From: a virus
Direction: 5' to 3' (one strand)
IMG/VR virus record: IMGVR_UViG_3300045988_126669
Coordinates: 97,217-161,216 of that record
DNA: 64,000 bases
Position 1 is the first letter of the stretch, and each line of letters starts with the position of its first letter. The notes beneath the pieces were generated by a model. That model saw only the letters and a program-made list of their open reading frames with translations, was not told the origin of the DNA and made no database searches. Positions 27,435-39,892 of the stretch are shown piece by piece. The translations under genes were made by a program, and so were the position numbers.

Positions 27435-28928
27435 ATGGCTAGCTATACCATATCCAGTCTTAGTGAAACTGGGGCTATTTTTGAAGCAACGGATCTTAGT
27501 TCTGATAATGTTCAAAGACAAATGGCAGTAACTATAAATGGAAATACTGTATGGGGTGATGCAACTACTGGTACACCTTGGGTACATGTCCTTGGGCTGA
27601 GCCCAGGAACTACTTATGATTATACTGTTTGGTTATAGTATTATACTGGAGGCCAATGGAATACAGGAGGAATTTGGGATGGCACTCTTACTACCCCAGG
27701 ATCAAGTGGCGGTGGTGGAGGAGGTGGGGGATCAGGCTCCATCGATCCATTGTATGCTTGCTATGATGTCACAACTGGAAGTTATATAAATGGTTGGATG
27801 CAAGGTAGCTTTGGTATGACTGCTCCTTCTTATGGTAGTAGTTATACTTATTTAGGATATTGTCCTGGTAATTCAGAATAGGAATGTTTAAATTATTATA
27901 TTAGTAATGGTACTACATGGAGTCAAGATTCCACTTATATAGTAGGAGATTGTAGTTATGTTATATTCTTTTATAGACAAAATTTATCCTATGCTTATAT
28001 AACATATTATTATAATGGAGGATCTGGTAGTTATAATAATGGATAGCAATATACTTTTTCAAGCACAACTCAGCCTTGGGACATATATTTAGATACACCT
28101 TCACTCTCTGGGTATAATTTTTTAGGATGGACAACAGATAATTCATCAGCTTATGTAAGTAGTCCTGTGCAAGCATATAATGGTTCAACTTATACATTAT
28201 ATGCTATGTGGTAGCGTATTTATTACTATACTTATATAACCTATCATTATAACGGAGGATCTGGTAGTTATAGTGAAGGATAGCAAGTAAGCTATTCAAG
28301 TGTTAATTCTAGTCGAACTATTACTTTAGACACTCCAACAAAAGCAAATTATACTTTCTTAGGTTGGGGAACTAGTTCTTCTTCAGCTGATATTGGCACG
28401 CAATTATAGGTATCATCAACAAGTCCTGTGTATAAAACTCTTTATGCCATTTGGCGTAGAAATACAATTACTGTAACTTATAATGCAAATGGCGGTTCTG
28501 GCGGTCCAGGATCATAGACGGTTAACACCAATTCTTCTTTCAATATAAATGGATCTAATTATCCCACTCGCAATAATTATATTTTTAAAGGATGGTCTAC
28601 ATCGTCTTCGGCAAAAACTGCAACTTATAAAAAAGGAGCAACACCTTCAATTTCTACTGGTACATCTAATATAACTTACTACGCGGTTTGGTGGCCCGCA
28701 TTTACTTGGAAAGATTATTCTAGAAGCGAAGCAAATACTTTCGCAGGTTATATAAATACTTATTTAAATAGTTCAATTACTACTATCAACAATGCAAATC
28801 CATTACGATTAGTCATATGGTTTAATGCCATTGCAGCCGCATTAGGGAATAATACTAAAGTAATATCAGGTGATGCGAGTTTTAAAGCACAGTTAGACAC
28901 TCTATTAACTGCATATAATAATTATTAA
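27435..28928 (+). CDS. Flg_new (Listeria-Bacteroides / InlB B-repeat) protein, about four repeats
   Basis: Repeated ...YNGGSGSY..G.Q...........YTFLGW.T.SSSA motifs; Gly-rich linker; ~9 in-frame TAG; strong terminator follows. Confidence 0.6.
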
Positions 28929-28934
28929 AATTAA

Positions 28935-28969
28935 TTGGCCTACTGAGAATTTCAGTAGGCCAATTTTTT
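28935..28969 (+). terminator. rho-independent terminator
   Basis: ttggcctactga / tcagtaggccaa plus T6. Confidence 0.75.
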
Positions 28970-29032
28970 ATATTCATAAAGAATATTTTTTTATATTATT
29001 TAGAATGATGTAATAAAAGAGGAGGCAATAAG

Positions 29033-29305
29033 ATGTATACTTTAACACATCAAAATGGTAAAGTTAATTATGGATTAAAAAAATTCATAGTTGATTCTGT
29101 TGAAGATATTGAAAAAATTCCAACAATTTCATTGCTCCCTGGTAGTACTGCTTTTATTCCTAAATCATCAAAATTATATATTTATCAAGATAATAATACT
29201 TGGGTTGAATAGAAATCCAATAGTAATAACAGTGGCGGCGGTGGAAGCACCGAACCTTCTGATCCTGATAATATATACATTTGGGATGGCGGTAGTATTG
29301 ATTAA
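29033..29305 (+). CDS. hypothetical protein
   Basis: AGAGGAGG RBS; one TAG. Confidence 0.45.
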
Positions 29306-29319
29306 GGAGGTGCGTTTAA

Positions 29320-30582
29320 TTGGCTGATGTTTATATGAAATCAAAGTTCTATTTTAAGCGCGGAAAAGCAGCTTCTTGGACTGAGAAAAATGTTCTCTTA
29401 GGACCTGGTGAACCTGGTTTTGAAATAGATACTGGCAGATTAAAAATTGGCGATGGTATTCGCACGTGGAATAATCTTCCTTATCTTGCAGAGAATGAGA
29501 TAAAGAATGAAATAAATAAATATTTTAGTGATGTCGCTTATTTTATTGGATAGAAAGAATCTTTACCTGAAGATCCAAATACTAAAGAAGGTACAATGTG
29601 CTTAGTTGGTGAAGATTTTTATATTTATGATGGTGAAAAATGGAGATTATTACAAGGTAAATCTTCTCAAGGAACTGTTGAAGTTATAAAAATTAAAGGT
29701 GAAGACCAAGGACTACCTGCTGATGAAGTAGAAATTAATGGAACAAAATATTCTACTATTGAAGAAGCAATTCAAAATGCTTCTAATAATGATACTATAA
29801 TTTTGTAGAAAACAGTTAAAAATATTGATATTCCAAAAGGAAAAAATATTAATATTGATTTAAATAATATTAGTATCTTAAATAATGAAGACAATCCAGT
29901 TAAAATTAATAATAACGCTTCTTTAATTATTTCGGGAGAAGGATGCGTTGAATGTAATAAACATGGTAAAGCATCTATTGAGAATAATGGAAATACAACT
30001 ATTATAAATGGTGAGTATAAACGTTCTATTGATGAAAAAGGTAATGGATATTATGTAATAGTAAATCATGGTGAAATGTCTATTTATGATGGAATATTCT
30101 CCTCTCCGGGCGGGTTATCTAGTATGATTGAGAATGGATATTACGATTATCTTTCTCAATACCATTTAGGCGAGTCCGCGGAATATCCTAAATTAATTAT
30201 TAATGGTGGTACTTTTATTAATGCTTATACTACTATTAAAAATGATGATGCTGGTATTTGTGAAATTAATGGTGGTAATTTTTATGGTATGCTTTATAAC
30301 GTTGGTAAAAGTTTAACTATAAATGATGGTTATTTCTATACTGATGATGGTTATGAAGTTATCCAATGTAAAAAGAATAATGATGATATTAATGCTGGTA
30401 TTTTAATTATTAATGGAGGAATTTTTGAAACTACTTGTGATAAAATCCTGTCTAGTATAAATAATGCCGAAATTATTATTAAAGGTGGAAAATTTAATAA
30501 ACCTCTTCCCGAAGAATTTATTGCTTCTGGATATAAACAAAAATTAGTAAATAATTATTATAATATAATAAAGGAGGGATAA
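29320..30582 (+). CDS. tail-fibre-like protein with HylP-type N-terminal anchor domain
   Basis: FKRGKAASWTEKNVLLGPGEPGFEIDTGRLKIGDG..TWNNLPYL resembles the streptococcal phage HylP / tail-fibre N-terminus; TTG start after AAGGAGG; two TAG. Confidence 0.6.
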
Positions 30583-30583
30583 T

Positions 30584-30922
30584 ATGGCGTTTAATGTTGT
30601 CTATGCAGATAAAAATAAAATTAAATCCAGCATCAAACAAGGTATTATTCCAAAAGAAAGTCTAATTTTAACAACTGATGAAAATTAGTCAGAGGCTTAT
30701 TATTATGATGATGAAGGTAATTTAAAATATATTACCAAAAAGACTTCTTTTGATTCTATAATTGAAGCTCGCACTTGGATCGCAAAATATGATTATAAGG
30801 GTGAAGTAATTTCAATTTTTTAGAATAAACAATGGACTCCCTATTTGGTTAATGAAGATAATAGTATTACTGAAATTGGTAAAACTTCTTAGTATTCATT
30901 AATAGATGGCGGAAATGCTTAA
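30584..30922 (+). CDS. hypothetical protein
   Basis: AAGGAGGG RBS; three in-frame TAG. Confidence 0.45.
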
Positions 30923-30951
30923 TTTTTTTTTATTAAGGAGGAAATTTTAAT

Positions 30952-32199
30952 ATGGCTGGAAATACTTTAAAAACCCGTATTCAACTCCGCAATGATGAAG
31001 CAGCCACTTGGGTTGAAAAAAACCCTGTGCTGTTAAAAGGTGAAATGGGTATTGAAGTTGACACTGGTAAAATTAAGATTGGTGATGGTACTAAAGCTTG
31101 GAATGAACTTAATTACTCCGGTGTCGATGAGAATGCTATTAAATCTATTATTAATAGCAATCGTGATAAAGTTTCTGTCTTAACTCTAACTGAAGATAAG
31201 ACTGATGCCGATATGCTGGCAACAATTGCCACTCCTGTTCAGGGAGATATGGCTGTTATTGAGAATGCGTTTGTTGAGGGTAAAACTTCTCGTACTGCGT
31301 ATTTCTATGATGGTGCTAATTGGGCCGCTTTTGATGGCAATTATCGTGCTGATAATGTATATTTTGATGAAGATATTACTTACACAGTTGGTTTTGGTAC
31401 ACTTGCTCAGCCCTCTGGCTCTGCTAAATTTGCTGCTAAGGGTAAGAATGTTGAATAGGTACTCTCTTCTTTAATGGCTCAGGAGGTCAATCCTTCTAAG
31501 TCTAATCCTGCTGTATCCTTTACAGCCGAAGGCGGTTTTGGTACTTTTGAAATTGGCACTAAGAAAAATTTGACTTATACTGCAGCTCTGTCTACTGGTA
31601 ATTATACCTATGGTCCTGCTACTGGTATCACTGCTCAAACTTGGGAAGTCAATTGTACTGGTGTTGCTGATAGTAAGTCCACTGCAACTGGTTCTTTTGA
31701 GAATGTTGTTGCTGAGGCCACTTCCAAAAAGATTACCGCCAAGGCTACCTATAATGAGGGTGCGGTTCCTAAGACTAATCTTGGTAATCCTTATCCTGAA
31801 GGTAAGATTAAAGCTGGTAGTGCTACTGCAAATTCCAAAACTCTAACTGGTGTCCGTTATATGTTCTGGGGTCCCATGTCCAGTGCTGATATGGCTCTAA
31901 ACTCTGTCAATATTCGCGCCCTTGCGCATAAACAGGCTAGTGGTACTGGCGCTCTCACTACTTTTGGTGCTGGTGCTGGCGCGAAGAAAGTTATTGTTGC
32001 CGTTCCTGCTGGTCGCAAGATTACTAAGGTTCTTATGCCTAGCGCACTCAACGCTGATGTTACTGCTCTATTCGTAAAACAGGGCACTCAAGTTGATGTT
32101 GAAGGTGCTAATGGTTATACTGCGGCTAAATATGATGTATATGTTTATCAGCCTGCTTCTATTGATGCTGGCGAGACTTATGCTGTCACCATCGGCTAA
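30952..32199 (+). CDS. tail-fibre-like protein (HylP-type N-terminus)
   Basis: RIQLRNDEAATWVEKNPVLLKGEMGIEVDTGKIKIGDGTKAWNEL; TAG at 31456 joins two track ORFs in frame. Confidence 0.6.
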
Positions 32200-32222
32200 T
32201 TTGAAGGAGGTAAATATATAAT

Positions 32223-34808
32223 ATGGCTGTTATTATGAATGATGCTGCTTATATGGGTTTCCCACTTTCTATTAAACGTGGTAATCCTGCTCCTGTTGAT
32301 ACTACTGCGGTATGGTATAATAAAGCAGAACTCGAAACTTATGCAAAATCTGGCGCTACCGCCTATGTTGGTCAGATTTTAACTTTAGTTGCTGATAATA
32401 AATGCGAAGCTTATATGATTAGCAATGCGACTGGTACTCTTGTTAAACTTGCTTCTACCACTGCTTCTGGCGATCTTGCTTCTGATGTTTCTACTCTTCA
32501 GGGCCAAGTTGCTTCTCTTATTGAGAAAGTTGGCTCTGCTACTCAGGACGAAACTGTTGCTACTGGTTTATATGCTCTAATTGAAGCTGCCCAGAAGCAA
32601 GCAGATAAAGGCGTTGCCGATGCTAAGACTGCCGATGATAAAGCTGCTGCAGCATAGACTGATGTAGATGCCCTTGAAGCTGTTGTTGGTGCTGATGATA
32701 CTGCTGGTCTTCGTAAACGTATTAAAACTAATGAAGATGCTATTGGTGTTTTGAATGGTACGGGTGAAGGTTCAGTTACTAAAGCTGTTAATGATGCTAT
32801 TAACGATTTTGCTACCAAAGCTACTGAAAATGGTACTATTGACACCTTTAAAGAATTAGTTGATTGGGTCGCGAGCCATCCCGATATTGTTAATGGTTTA
32901 ACTGGTGATATTAATAAATTAAAAGCTATTCTTAAAGGATTTGGCACTGCTGAAGGTCAATCTCCTGAAGTAAAGGCTTATATTGATGGCGCCATTAAGG
33001 CTCTTAAGATTGAGGATTATGCTAAGGCTGCTGATTTAACTACTCTTGCCGGACGTGTTAGTGTAGTTGAAAAACTTCCTGCCGCTGGTATTACTGCCGA
33101 AGATATTGAAAAGTGGAACGCAAAGCAAGATGCTGGTAATTTTGTTGATCAATCTGCTTACGATACTAAGATGAAAGCCCTTGAAAAGGCTGATAGTGAT
33201 AATACAACTGCTATTGCTGCTGTGAAAAAGACGGCTAATGCTGCTGTTGTTGCTAACAAAGATATTACTGCTGGTACTGCCACAAAGATTACTTATGATG
33301 CCAAAGGTCTTGTAACTAAAGGCGAAAATCTTGCTGTTTCCGATATTCCTACTCTTGGTATTTCCAAAATTGATGGTCTTCAGGATGCTCTTGATAGCAA
33401 ACAAAATAATTTAACTTTTGATGGCGAATATAATGCTGGTACTAATAAAGCTGCTACAGTAAGCACAGTTAACACCGCTGTTGATAATTTACGTCATACT
33501 CTTGGTGGCGAAGATGGCCAGACTGATGTTGACACTAAAGATAGTGAAACTATCCATGGGGCAAAGATTTATGCGGATGAAGTTGGTAAGGCAGCTAAAG
33601 CTTATGCTGACAGCTTAGTTGGTGATACTTCTGCTATTAGTAAGAAAGTTGCTGCTCTTGAAAATAAAGTTGATGTTAATAGCGTAAGTGACGCAATTGC
33701 TACAGCTAAGTCTGAAGCTATTACAACTGCTGGCACTAATGCTGATACTAAAGTTGCTACTGCTAAGACCGCTATCCTTGGCGAAGGGCATACTGGTACT
33801 GTAAAAGAAGCTTATGAACTTGCTACTTCCAAGACTACTATGGCTCAAGTCGAAGCTAAGGGCTATGCTGTTAAGACTGAGGTTGATACTGCTGTTGCTG
33901 ATGCAAAGAAGGCTGGCACTGATGCTCAGACTGCTGTTAATACATTAAGTGATAAGGTTGGCACCATTCCAGTAGACAAGACAATCGTTCAGATGATTGC
34001 TGATGCTCAAAAGGCTGCTACTTATGATGATAGTGTTGTTAAAGCAAGTATTAAGACCAATACAGATGCTATTGCTAAATTAAATGGTATTGATACTGTT
34101 GAAGGCTCTGTAGCTAAGACTGTTAAAGATGCCGTTGCTGCTGAACAAACACGTGCAGAAGGTAAAGAACAAGCAAATGCTACTGCTATTGCTGGTGTTA
34201 AATCTCGTGTTGATGCCTTCCTTGCAGCCGCAGAAGTCGGCGACGCCGCAGTTGATACTTTAAAGGAAATTCAAACTTATATCACCACACATGGTTCTGC
34301 TGCAGACCAAATGGTTAAAGATATCGCGGCTAATAAGAAAGCAGTCGAAGATGAAGCTACTCGTGCTAAAACTGCTGAAGGTACCAATGCCACTGCTATT
34401 AGTGATGAAGCTACTCGTGCTAAAGCAGCTGAAAAAGCTAATGCTGATGCAATCGCTGCTGAGACCACTCGCGCTGAAACTGCTGAAAAAGCTAATGCTG
34501 ATGCAATCGCTGAATTAAAGAAAGCTGATTATGCAGGAATTACTTCTGAGAAAATCGCCCAGTGGGATGCTGCACAGCCTAATGTAATTGAAAAGATTCA
34601 AGTTAATGGTACTGAAATCGCAATTAGCGAAAAGACTGTTAATATTCCTCTTGCTACCGCAGCTCGCGCAGGTTTAATTGTCAGCTCTGATGCTGAAAAT
34701 GCTATTAGTGTTTCTGACACTGGTGTAGCTACTGTTAATAATATAAATGTTAATAAATTAGTTCAAACTGCTGGTGATGAACTTATCCTTAACGGTGGAA
34801 AGGCTTAA
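32223..34808 (+). CDS. tail-fibre shaft protein, Ala-rich coiled-coil repeats
   Basis: ~861 aa; repeats such as TRAKTAEGTNATAISDEATRAKAAEKANADAIA; TAG at 32655 joins two ORFs; terminator follows. Confidence 0.6.
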
Positions 34809-34827
34809 TTAAATAAATGATAAATAA

Positions 34828-34856
34828 AGAGGGGATTTGTTTCCCCTCTTTATTTT
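34828..34856 (+). terminator. rho-independent terminator
   Basis: agagggga / tcccctct plus T-run. Confidence 0.7.
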
Positions 34857-34892
34857 ATATATAGATATTTTTAAATATGGAGGTTCTTAAAA

Positions 34893-36236
34893 ATGGCTAA
34901 TACAACATTTAATACTCGTATTAAATTAAAGTATGATACTCTGGCCAATTGGACTACTAATGAAGCAAAAGTTTTATTAGCTGGTGAAGTTGGTCTTTGT
35001 TATGTGCCTTCTGTGACTTCTGGAACTACTACAACTGCTCCTACTGTCTTATTTAAAGTCGGTGATGGTAAAACAGCTTGGGGAAAATTACCTTGGGGTT
35101 CCGGTCTTGCCGCGGACGTTTATGATTGGGCTAAAACTGCCACAAAACCATCTTATGATTATAGTGAGATTAGAAATACTCCCACTATGACTGTGGATAC
35201 TAATACTACTTATAAATTAGTTCAAGATGGTACTGATAAACATAAATTTACTTTACAAAGTAAAGAAAAGAATAGTGAAAATTGGGTTTCAGTATCTACT
35301 ATTACTATTCCAGATAATAACAATAACCAAACTATTACCGTTGGATCTACTTCTTTTGGAGCAAATGATGCTGTAAAGTTAGTCGCTGGTGATGGAATTA
35401 CTATTACTCCTGATTCAACTGGGAAGACAATCACAATTACCGCTGGTAAAGTTGCTAATGCAATTCATGCCGATACTGCAACTAATGCTACAAGTGCTGG
35501 TAAAGTGGCTAATGCTTTAACTCTTCAAGTTGGTGGTACTACTAAAGCTACATTTGATGGTTCTTCTGCAAAAACCTTTAATATTACCGCAGGAGACCTT
35601 GGTCTTAGTTCTGCGATGCATTTTATTGGCGCTGCTACTGTTGCTATTACCGAAGACTCTAAAGTTGATCCAAAAATCACTGGTTATACTTTTGCTAATG
35701 CTCAAAAAGGCGATGTAGTTCTTTATAACCATTTAGAATTTGTGTGGGATGGCACTAAGTGGGAAAAACTTGGCGATGATAGCTCTTACGCTTTAAAGAC
35801 TATTACTGCTACTGCTACTGATGATGATGTAGTAGTTTTAACTGGCACTTCTGGGTCCAATGGCGTTACTTTTGATGCTAAGCACGCTAAGAAAGGTCCG
35901 ACTGGTGGTGCAACTAAGGGCGCAACCGCGAACGTAAGTGTCTCTGGCTATGGTGCTTCTGGTTCTATCAAAGTTCCAAAAGTTGTAGTTGATGAATATG
36001 GTCATACTACTGGTTTAACTGAACAAACATTAACTATTACGATGCCAAATCAGCAAACTCTTCCTGTCGCTGGAAGTGTTGCTCCTAAAAATCTTGGAAC
36101 GGCTACAGTTGGTACTTCTGCTAAATATGCTCGTGAAGACCACGTTCATAAGATGCCTACCTTAGATGAAATCGGTGTTAATACCAATGCTAATTATGTC
36201 ATCTTTGATTGTGGAACTTCTACAGTAAATATTTAA
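34893..36236 (+). CDS. tail-fibre-like protein (HylP-type N-terminus)
   Basis: RIKLKYDTLANWTTNEAKVLLAGEVGL...FKVGDGKTAWGKLPW; terminator follows. Confidence 0.65.
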   Translation: MANTTFNTRIKLKYDTLANWTTNEAKVLLAGEVGLCYVPSVTSGTTTTAPTVLFKVGDGKTAWGKLPWGSGLAADVYDWAKTATKPSYDYSEIRNTPTMTVDTNTTYKLVQDGTDKHKFTLQSKEKNSENWVSVSTITIPDNNNNQTITVGSTSFGANDAVKLVAGDGITITPDSTGKTITITAGKVANAIHADTATNATSAGKVANALTLQVGGTTKATFDGSSAKTFNITAGDLGLSSAMHFIGAATVAITEDSKVDPKITGYTFANAQKGDVVLYNHLEFVWDGTKWEKLGDDSSYALKTITATATDDDVVVLTGTSGSNGVTFDAKHAKKGPTGGATKGATANVSVSGYGASGSIKVPKVVVDEYGHTTGLTEQTLTITMPNQQTLPVAGSVAPKNLGTATVGTSAKYAREDHVHKMPTLDEIGVNTNANYVIFDCGTSTVNI

Positions 36237-36240
36237 TTAA

Positions 36241-36270
36241 AGGCTCTCTTAATTGAGAGCCTTTTTCTTT
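36241..36270 (+). terminator. rho-independent terminator
   Basis: aggctctc / gagagcct plus T5. Confidence 0.7.
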
Positions 36271-36422
36271 TTGGCCAAATTCAATATATTAACGTTTCCA
36301 AAAAATTAATATATAATGTAGATAGAAAATTTAAGTTTGAAATTGATAACTTAAAATTTACAAATATATATATTCTTGGTTTTACTCTTTTGGAAATGAT
36401 TATTGAGAAAACTATTTTTTTT

Positions 36423-36472
36423 AAATGGTGTTACTTCTAATTATACAAAAGAGGTAACACCATTTTTTTTAT
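36423..36472 (+). terminator. long hairpin plus T-run
   Basis: aaatggtgttac / gtaacaccattt plus T8. Confidence 0.6.
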
Positions 36473-36496
36473 TTCTTAAAAGAAAGGAGATAATCA

Positions 36497-36982
36497 ATGA
36501 AAATATTATTACAAAATAAAAATATTGTTCTTGCTAATAATAGTTTAATTTCTATTAATAGTGATAATATTGCGGAAAATGGTAATTTAGTAAAAATAAA
36601 ATAGAGTTCTGAAAAAAATGATATTTTAAAAATAAACAATTCTCTCGTACGCGTAAAAGTTGCTCCTGATCCACCTGTTGTTGATACTACTGAAACATGG
36701 GTTATTAAAGATTAGGCTCCTACTACTCGTAGTTCAACTAGATTGGCAACAATTAACATTTCTTTTACAACAAATAATCTTAAAGCGACTTCATTTGGTA
36801 TCGCATATAGTAATTCAACCTCTATTATAACTTATGGAGATATTGGTCAAGTAGCAAGTTTTAACGAGGGTAACGATGATGCTTATGTTTGGACTAATAA
36901 CGCTTATCGCACTATTACTCTTGATGGGCCTGCTACAGGAACCCTTCTAACTTGGCTTCAAGCAAACGCTGTTAAGCAATAA
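36497..36982 (+). CDS. hypothetical protein
   Basis: AAAGGAG RBS; two TAG. Confidence 0.5.
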
Positions 36983-37014
36983 AAATAAAAAATTTCTAAA
37001 GAAAGGAAAATAAT

Positions 37015-38103
37015 ATGGCTAATAAAACATACCAAGGTCGTATAGTCCAAAAGCACGATAGCTCTGCAAATTGGGCGAAAGCGACTAATTTTATTCCTTT
37101 AAAAGGTGAAATTATCATCTATGATGATTTAAATAAAATAAAAATTGGTGATGGAACAACTAAGGTTAATGATTTAGATTTTAGTTCTTGTCTTCCTAAT
37201 GGCGGAACTGCAGGTGATACTTTAGTAAAAGACACTGACGGCGGAAAATGGGAAACTCCGGTTGAAGCTACTCTTGTTTCTCTTCCAACAGGTATTTTAA
37301 AGAGTGATGGTACTACTATTAGTAAGGCAGTCGCCGGCACTGATTACGCGGCCGCGCCTAATAAGTACACTTTTACAGTAACCAGTGCAACGCAATCAGT
37401 TTTTACTATTCCATTTGATTTTGAAGATAGTGGTGCTTTAACAGTATTCTACAATGGTATTATGATGAAAGAAATCGAGAACTATACAATTTCCGGTAAA
37501 ACAATTACTTTAGTGGGTTTTAATGCTGAAAAAGATGATTATATCACTGTTATGGGCATCGAAGGAGTAGCTTCTATTAATGTTGATGAAAAAGTCGCAA
37601 TAATTCAAAAAGCGGTTTCAGATGCAGAAACTACTATTAATACAAAAGTTAATAAAGCTTTATCTACTATTGATGATAAACTTGCTACTATTCCTGATGA
37701 TGTAACTCAAGCTGTTTATAAAAATAAATCTAATATAATGACCGCAAATGGTAAAATTACTATGGATAATTCATATACACCAAGTGCGGATGGAGATATA
37801 GTAACAAAGAAATACGTAGATAATGCAACACCAGCAACATTTACCGCTTCTAAAGCCGGTACAGTCCCCGCTTCAGGAGGCGGAACTACGAAATATCTAC
37901 GAGCAGATGGTACTTGGACTACCATAGATAAAACACCAGTAATAGGTACAAATACTAATTATGCTATTTATATTGGAACAACGGCCCCTGCTTCAGGTAC
38001 AACGCCACTTCTTTGGATTGATACTACTTCTTCAACTGGATTTCTTAAATATAGAAGTTCTAATACCAGCGCTTGGACTGCCGTTCCTGTTGCTTGGACT
38101 TAA
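37015..38103 (+). CDS. tail-fibre-like protein (HylP-type N-terminus)
   Basis: RIVQKHDSSANWAKATNFIPLKGEIIIYDDLNKIKIGDGTTKVNDL. Confidence 0.65.
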   Translation: MANKTYQGRIVQKHDSSANWAKATNFIPLKGEIIIYDDLNKIKIGDGTTKVNDLDFSSCLPNGGTAGDTLVKDTDGGKWETPVEATLVSLPTGILKSDGTTISKAVAGTDYAAAPNKYTFTVTSATQSVFTIPFDFEDSGALTVFYNGIMMKEIENYTISGKTITLVGFNAEKDDYITVMGIEGVASINVDEKVAIIQKAVSDAETTINTKVNKALSTIDDKLATIPDDVTQAVYKNKSNIMTANGKITMDNSYTPSADGDIVTKKYVDNATPATFTASKAGTVPASGGGTTKYLRADGTWTTIDKTPVIGTNTNYAIYIGTTAPASGTTPLLWIDTTSSTGFLKYRSSNTSAWTAVPVAWT

Positions 38104-38117
38104 TAAGGAGGGATAAT

Positions 38118-38573
38118 ATGTCTAAACCTAGAATTTTTTTACAAATGGCTGAAAACGGAGGAATATTTGTTGGAACTTATGGAAGTACATCTTATTCTGA
38201 AATTGTAGAGCATTTTACTAAAGGAGATATAATTTGTATAAAAAGAAATATCGCTGATGATGATGCTGGAGGCGCTGAAACTGTAATAACTTATTAGTTA
38301 AATGAAGTATCTAAAGATCATAGCAATTATACTTTTTATTTTAAGTCTTTTGGTGCAATAGATTCCCCTTCAATTGATTCATCCAATACTTGGTCTACTG
38401 GAAATTTTAATAATTATGTGCCAAAATCTGGAATAACTATGACAGGTCCTCTTATTGCTCAATCTAATACAAATTATACCACACCTCAAGTCCGCAATAT
38501 TATAATGTCCACTTCTGCTCCAACAGCCGCTGACGGTAAAAATGGAGATATTTGGATTCAATATAGTGAATAA
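38118..38573 (+). CDS. hypothetical structural protein
   Basis: TAAGGAGGG RBS; one TAG; C-terminal MSTSAPTAADGKNGDIWIQYSE shared with the 11373 gene. Confidence 0.5.
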
Positions 38574-38587
38574 AAGGAGGGGTAATT

Positions 38588-39874
38588 TTGGCAACTCCTG
38601 AAGTTAGTAAACCAACAGTAAGTCCTAAAACAGGACTTTATACTCTTGTAAATATGTTAAATAATCCTAGCTTTGAAAATATGGGATGGGTAGCTAATTC
38701 CTCATGTACTGTGGCATTTGATTCTTCTAAAAAAAGAAGTGGAAGTTATTCTTTAAAAGTGACTTCCACTTCATCAAGTGAGTCTCTAATTGTAACTACT
38801 GATTCATATAAAATAACTAAAAACCATATTTATTATGTACGTGTTTATATATATTAGAATACCGCTGATGATGTTGGAGCTATGCAATGTTATTGGCCAA
38901 TAGCAGAACCTTTAATGGGCACATGTAATACCAATAGTTCTTTTGTTAAAAAATGGCAAATGATGAGTTGGCGCAATACTCGTTCTAATTGGTCTACAGG
39001 CGGAAATTATCAATTTCGTTTTGACTTTGAAAATATGGCATCAGGAAAGGTTGCTTGGATTGATGATGCAATGCTCATAGATTTAACCGAATGTTTTGGG
39101 TCAGGTAATGAACCTGATAAAACCTGGTGTGATTCTAATATTCCATACTTTGAAAAAACATATATTTATGGTACTAAATTAAGTATTAAAACTTCTACAT
39201 GGAAAGATCTTTCTAGCGGTTTAATTAAAATACCTACGATTCCACAAACCTACACTCCCCTTGAATATATTGAAGGAACTGGCACACAATATATTAATAC
39301 AGGCATAACACCTACTCAAAATACTTCTTTTTCTTTTGGTGTCTATATGAAGGAAATAACTGGTGCTTGTATTATAGGATGTAATACTGGCAATGATAAT
39401 AATGACTTTCGTATCTTTAATTATAATGGATAGATATATTGGGATATACAAACAAGTCGATTAATTGGCGTGACAAATAGTTTTCCAATTAACCAAAAAT
39501 TTGAATTTGAAGTAGGAAATAATTATGTTAAAAAAAATGGAACAACTGTTTTAACGGGAACAACTATTTCGTCTTTCACTGGTGATTGTCCAATACAAAT
39601 ATTACGCGACAACCCAACTGGTTCATCTACTTGCGCGAAAGGTAAAGTATATTATTTAAAAATATATAATAGTGGAACGCTTGTTAGAAATATGCTACCT
39701 TGTAAAAATGAAAGTGGTATAGTTGGTATGTATGATATTATTGAAAAAAAATTTTATAATAACAATGGAACAGGTACATTTATTGCCGGCCCGATAAAAA
39801 CACATTGGAAAAATTTTAAAAATGCTTCTATGAAACAAAATGGCGTTTGGACTACATTTTTTATTAGTTCTTAA
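38588..39874 (+). CDS. tail-fibre / receptor-binding-like protein
   Basis: TTG start after AAGGAGGGG; TAG at 38855 and 39431; C-terminal module (YIEGTGTQYINT...YYLKIYNSGTLVRNMLPCKNESG..GMYD..NNNGTGTFIAGPI) repeated at the C-terminus of 39893-41494. Confidence 0.5.
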
Positions 39875-39892
39875 AAAAGGAGGAATTTATTC

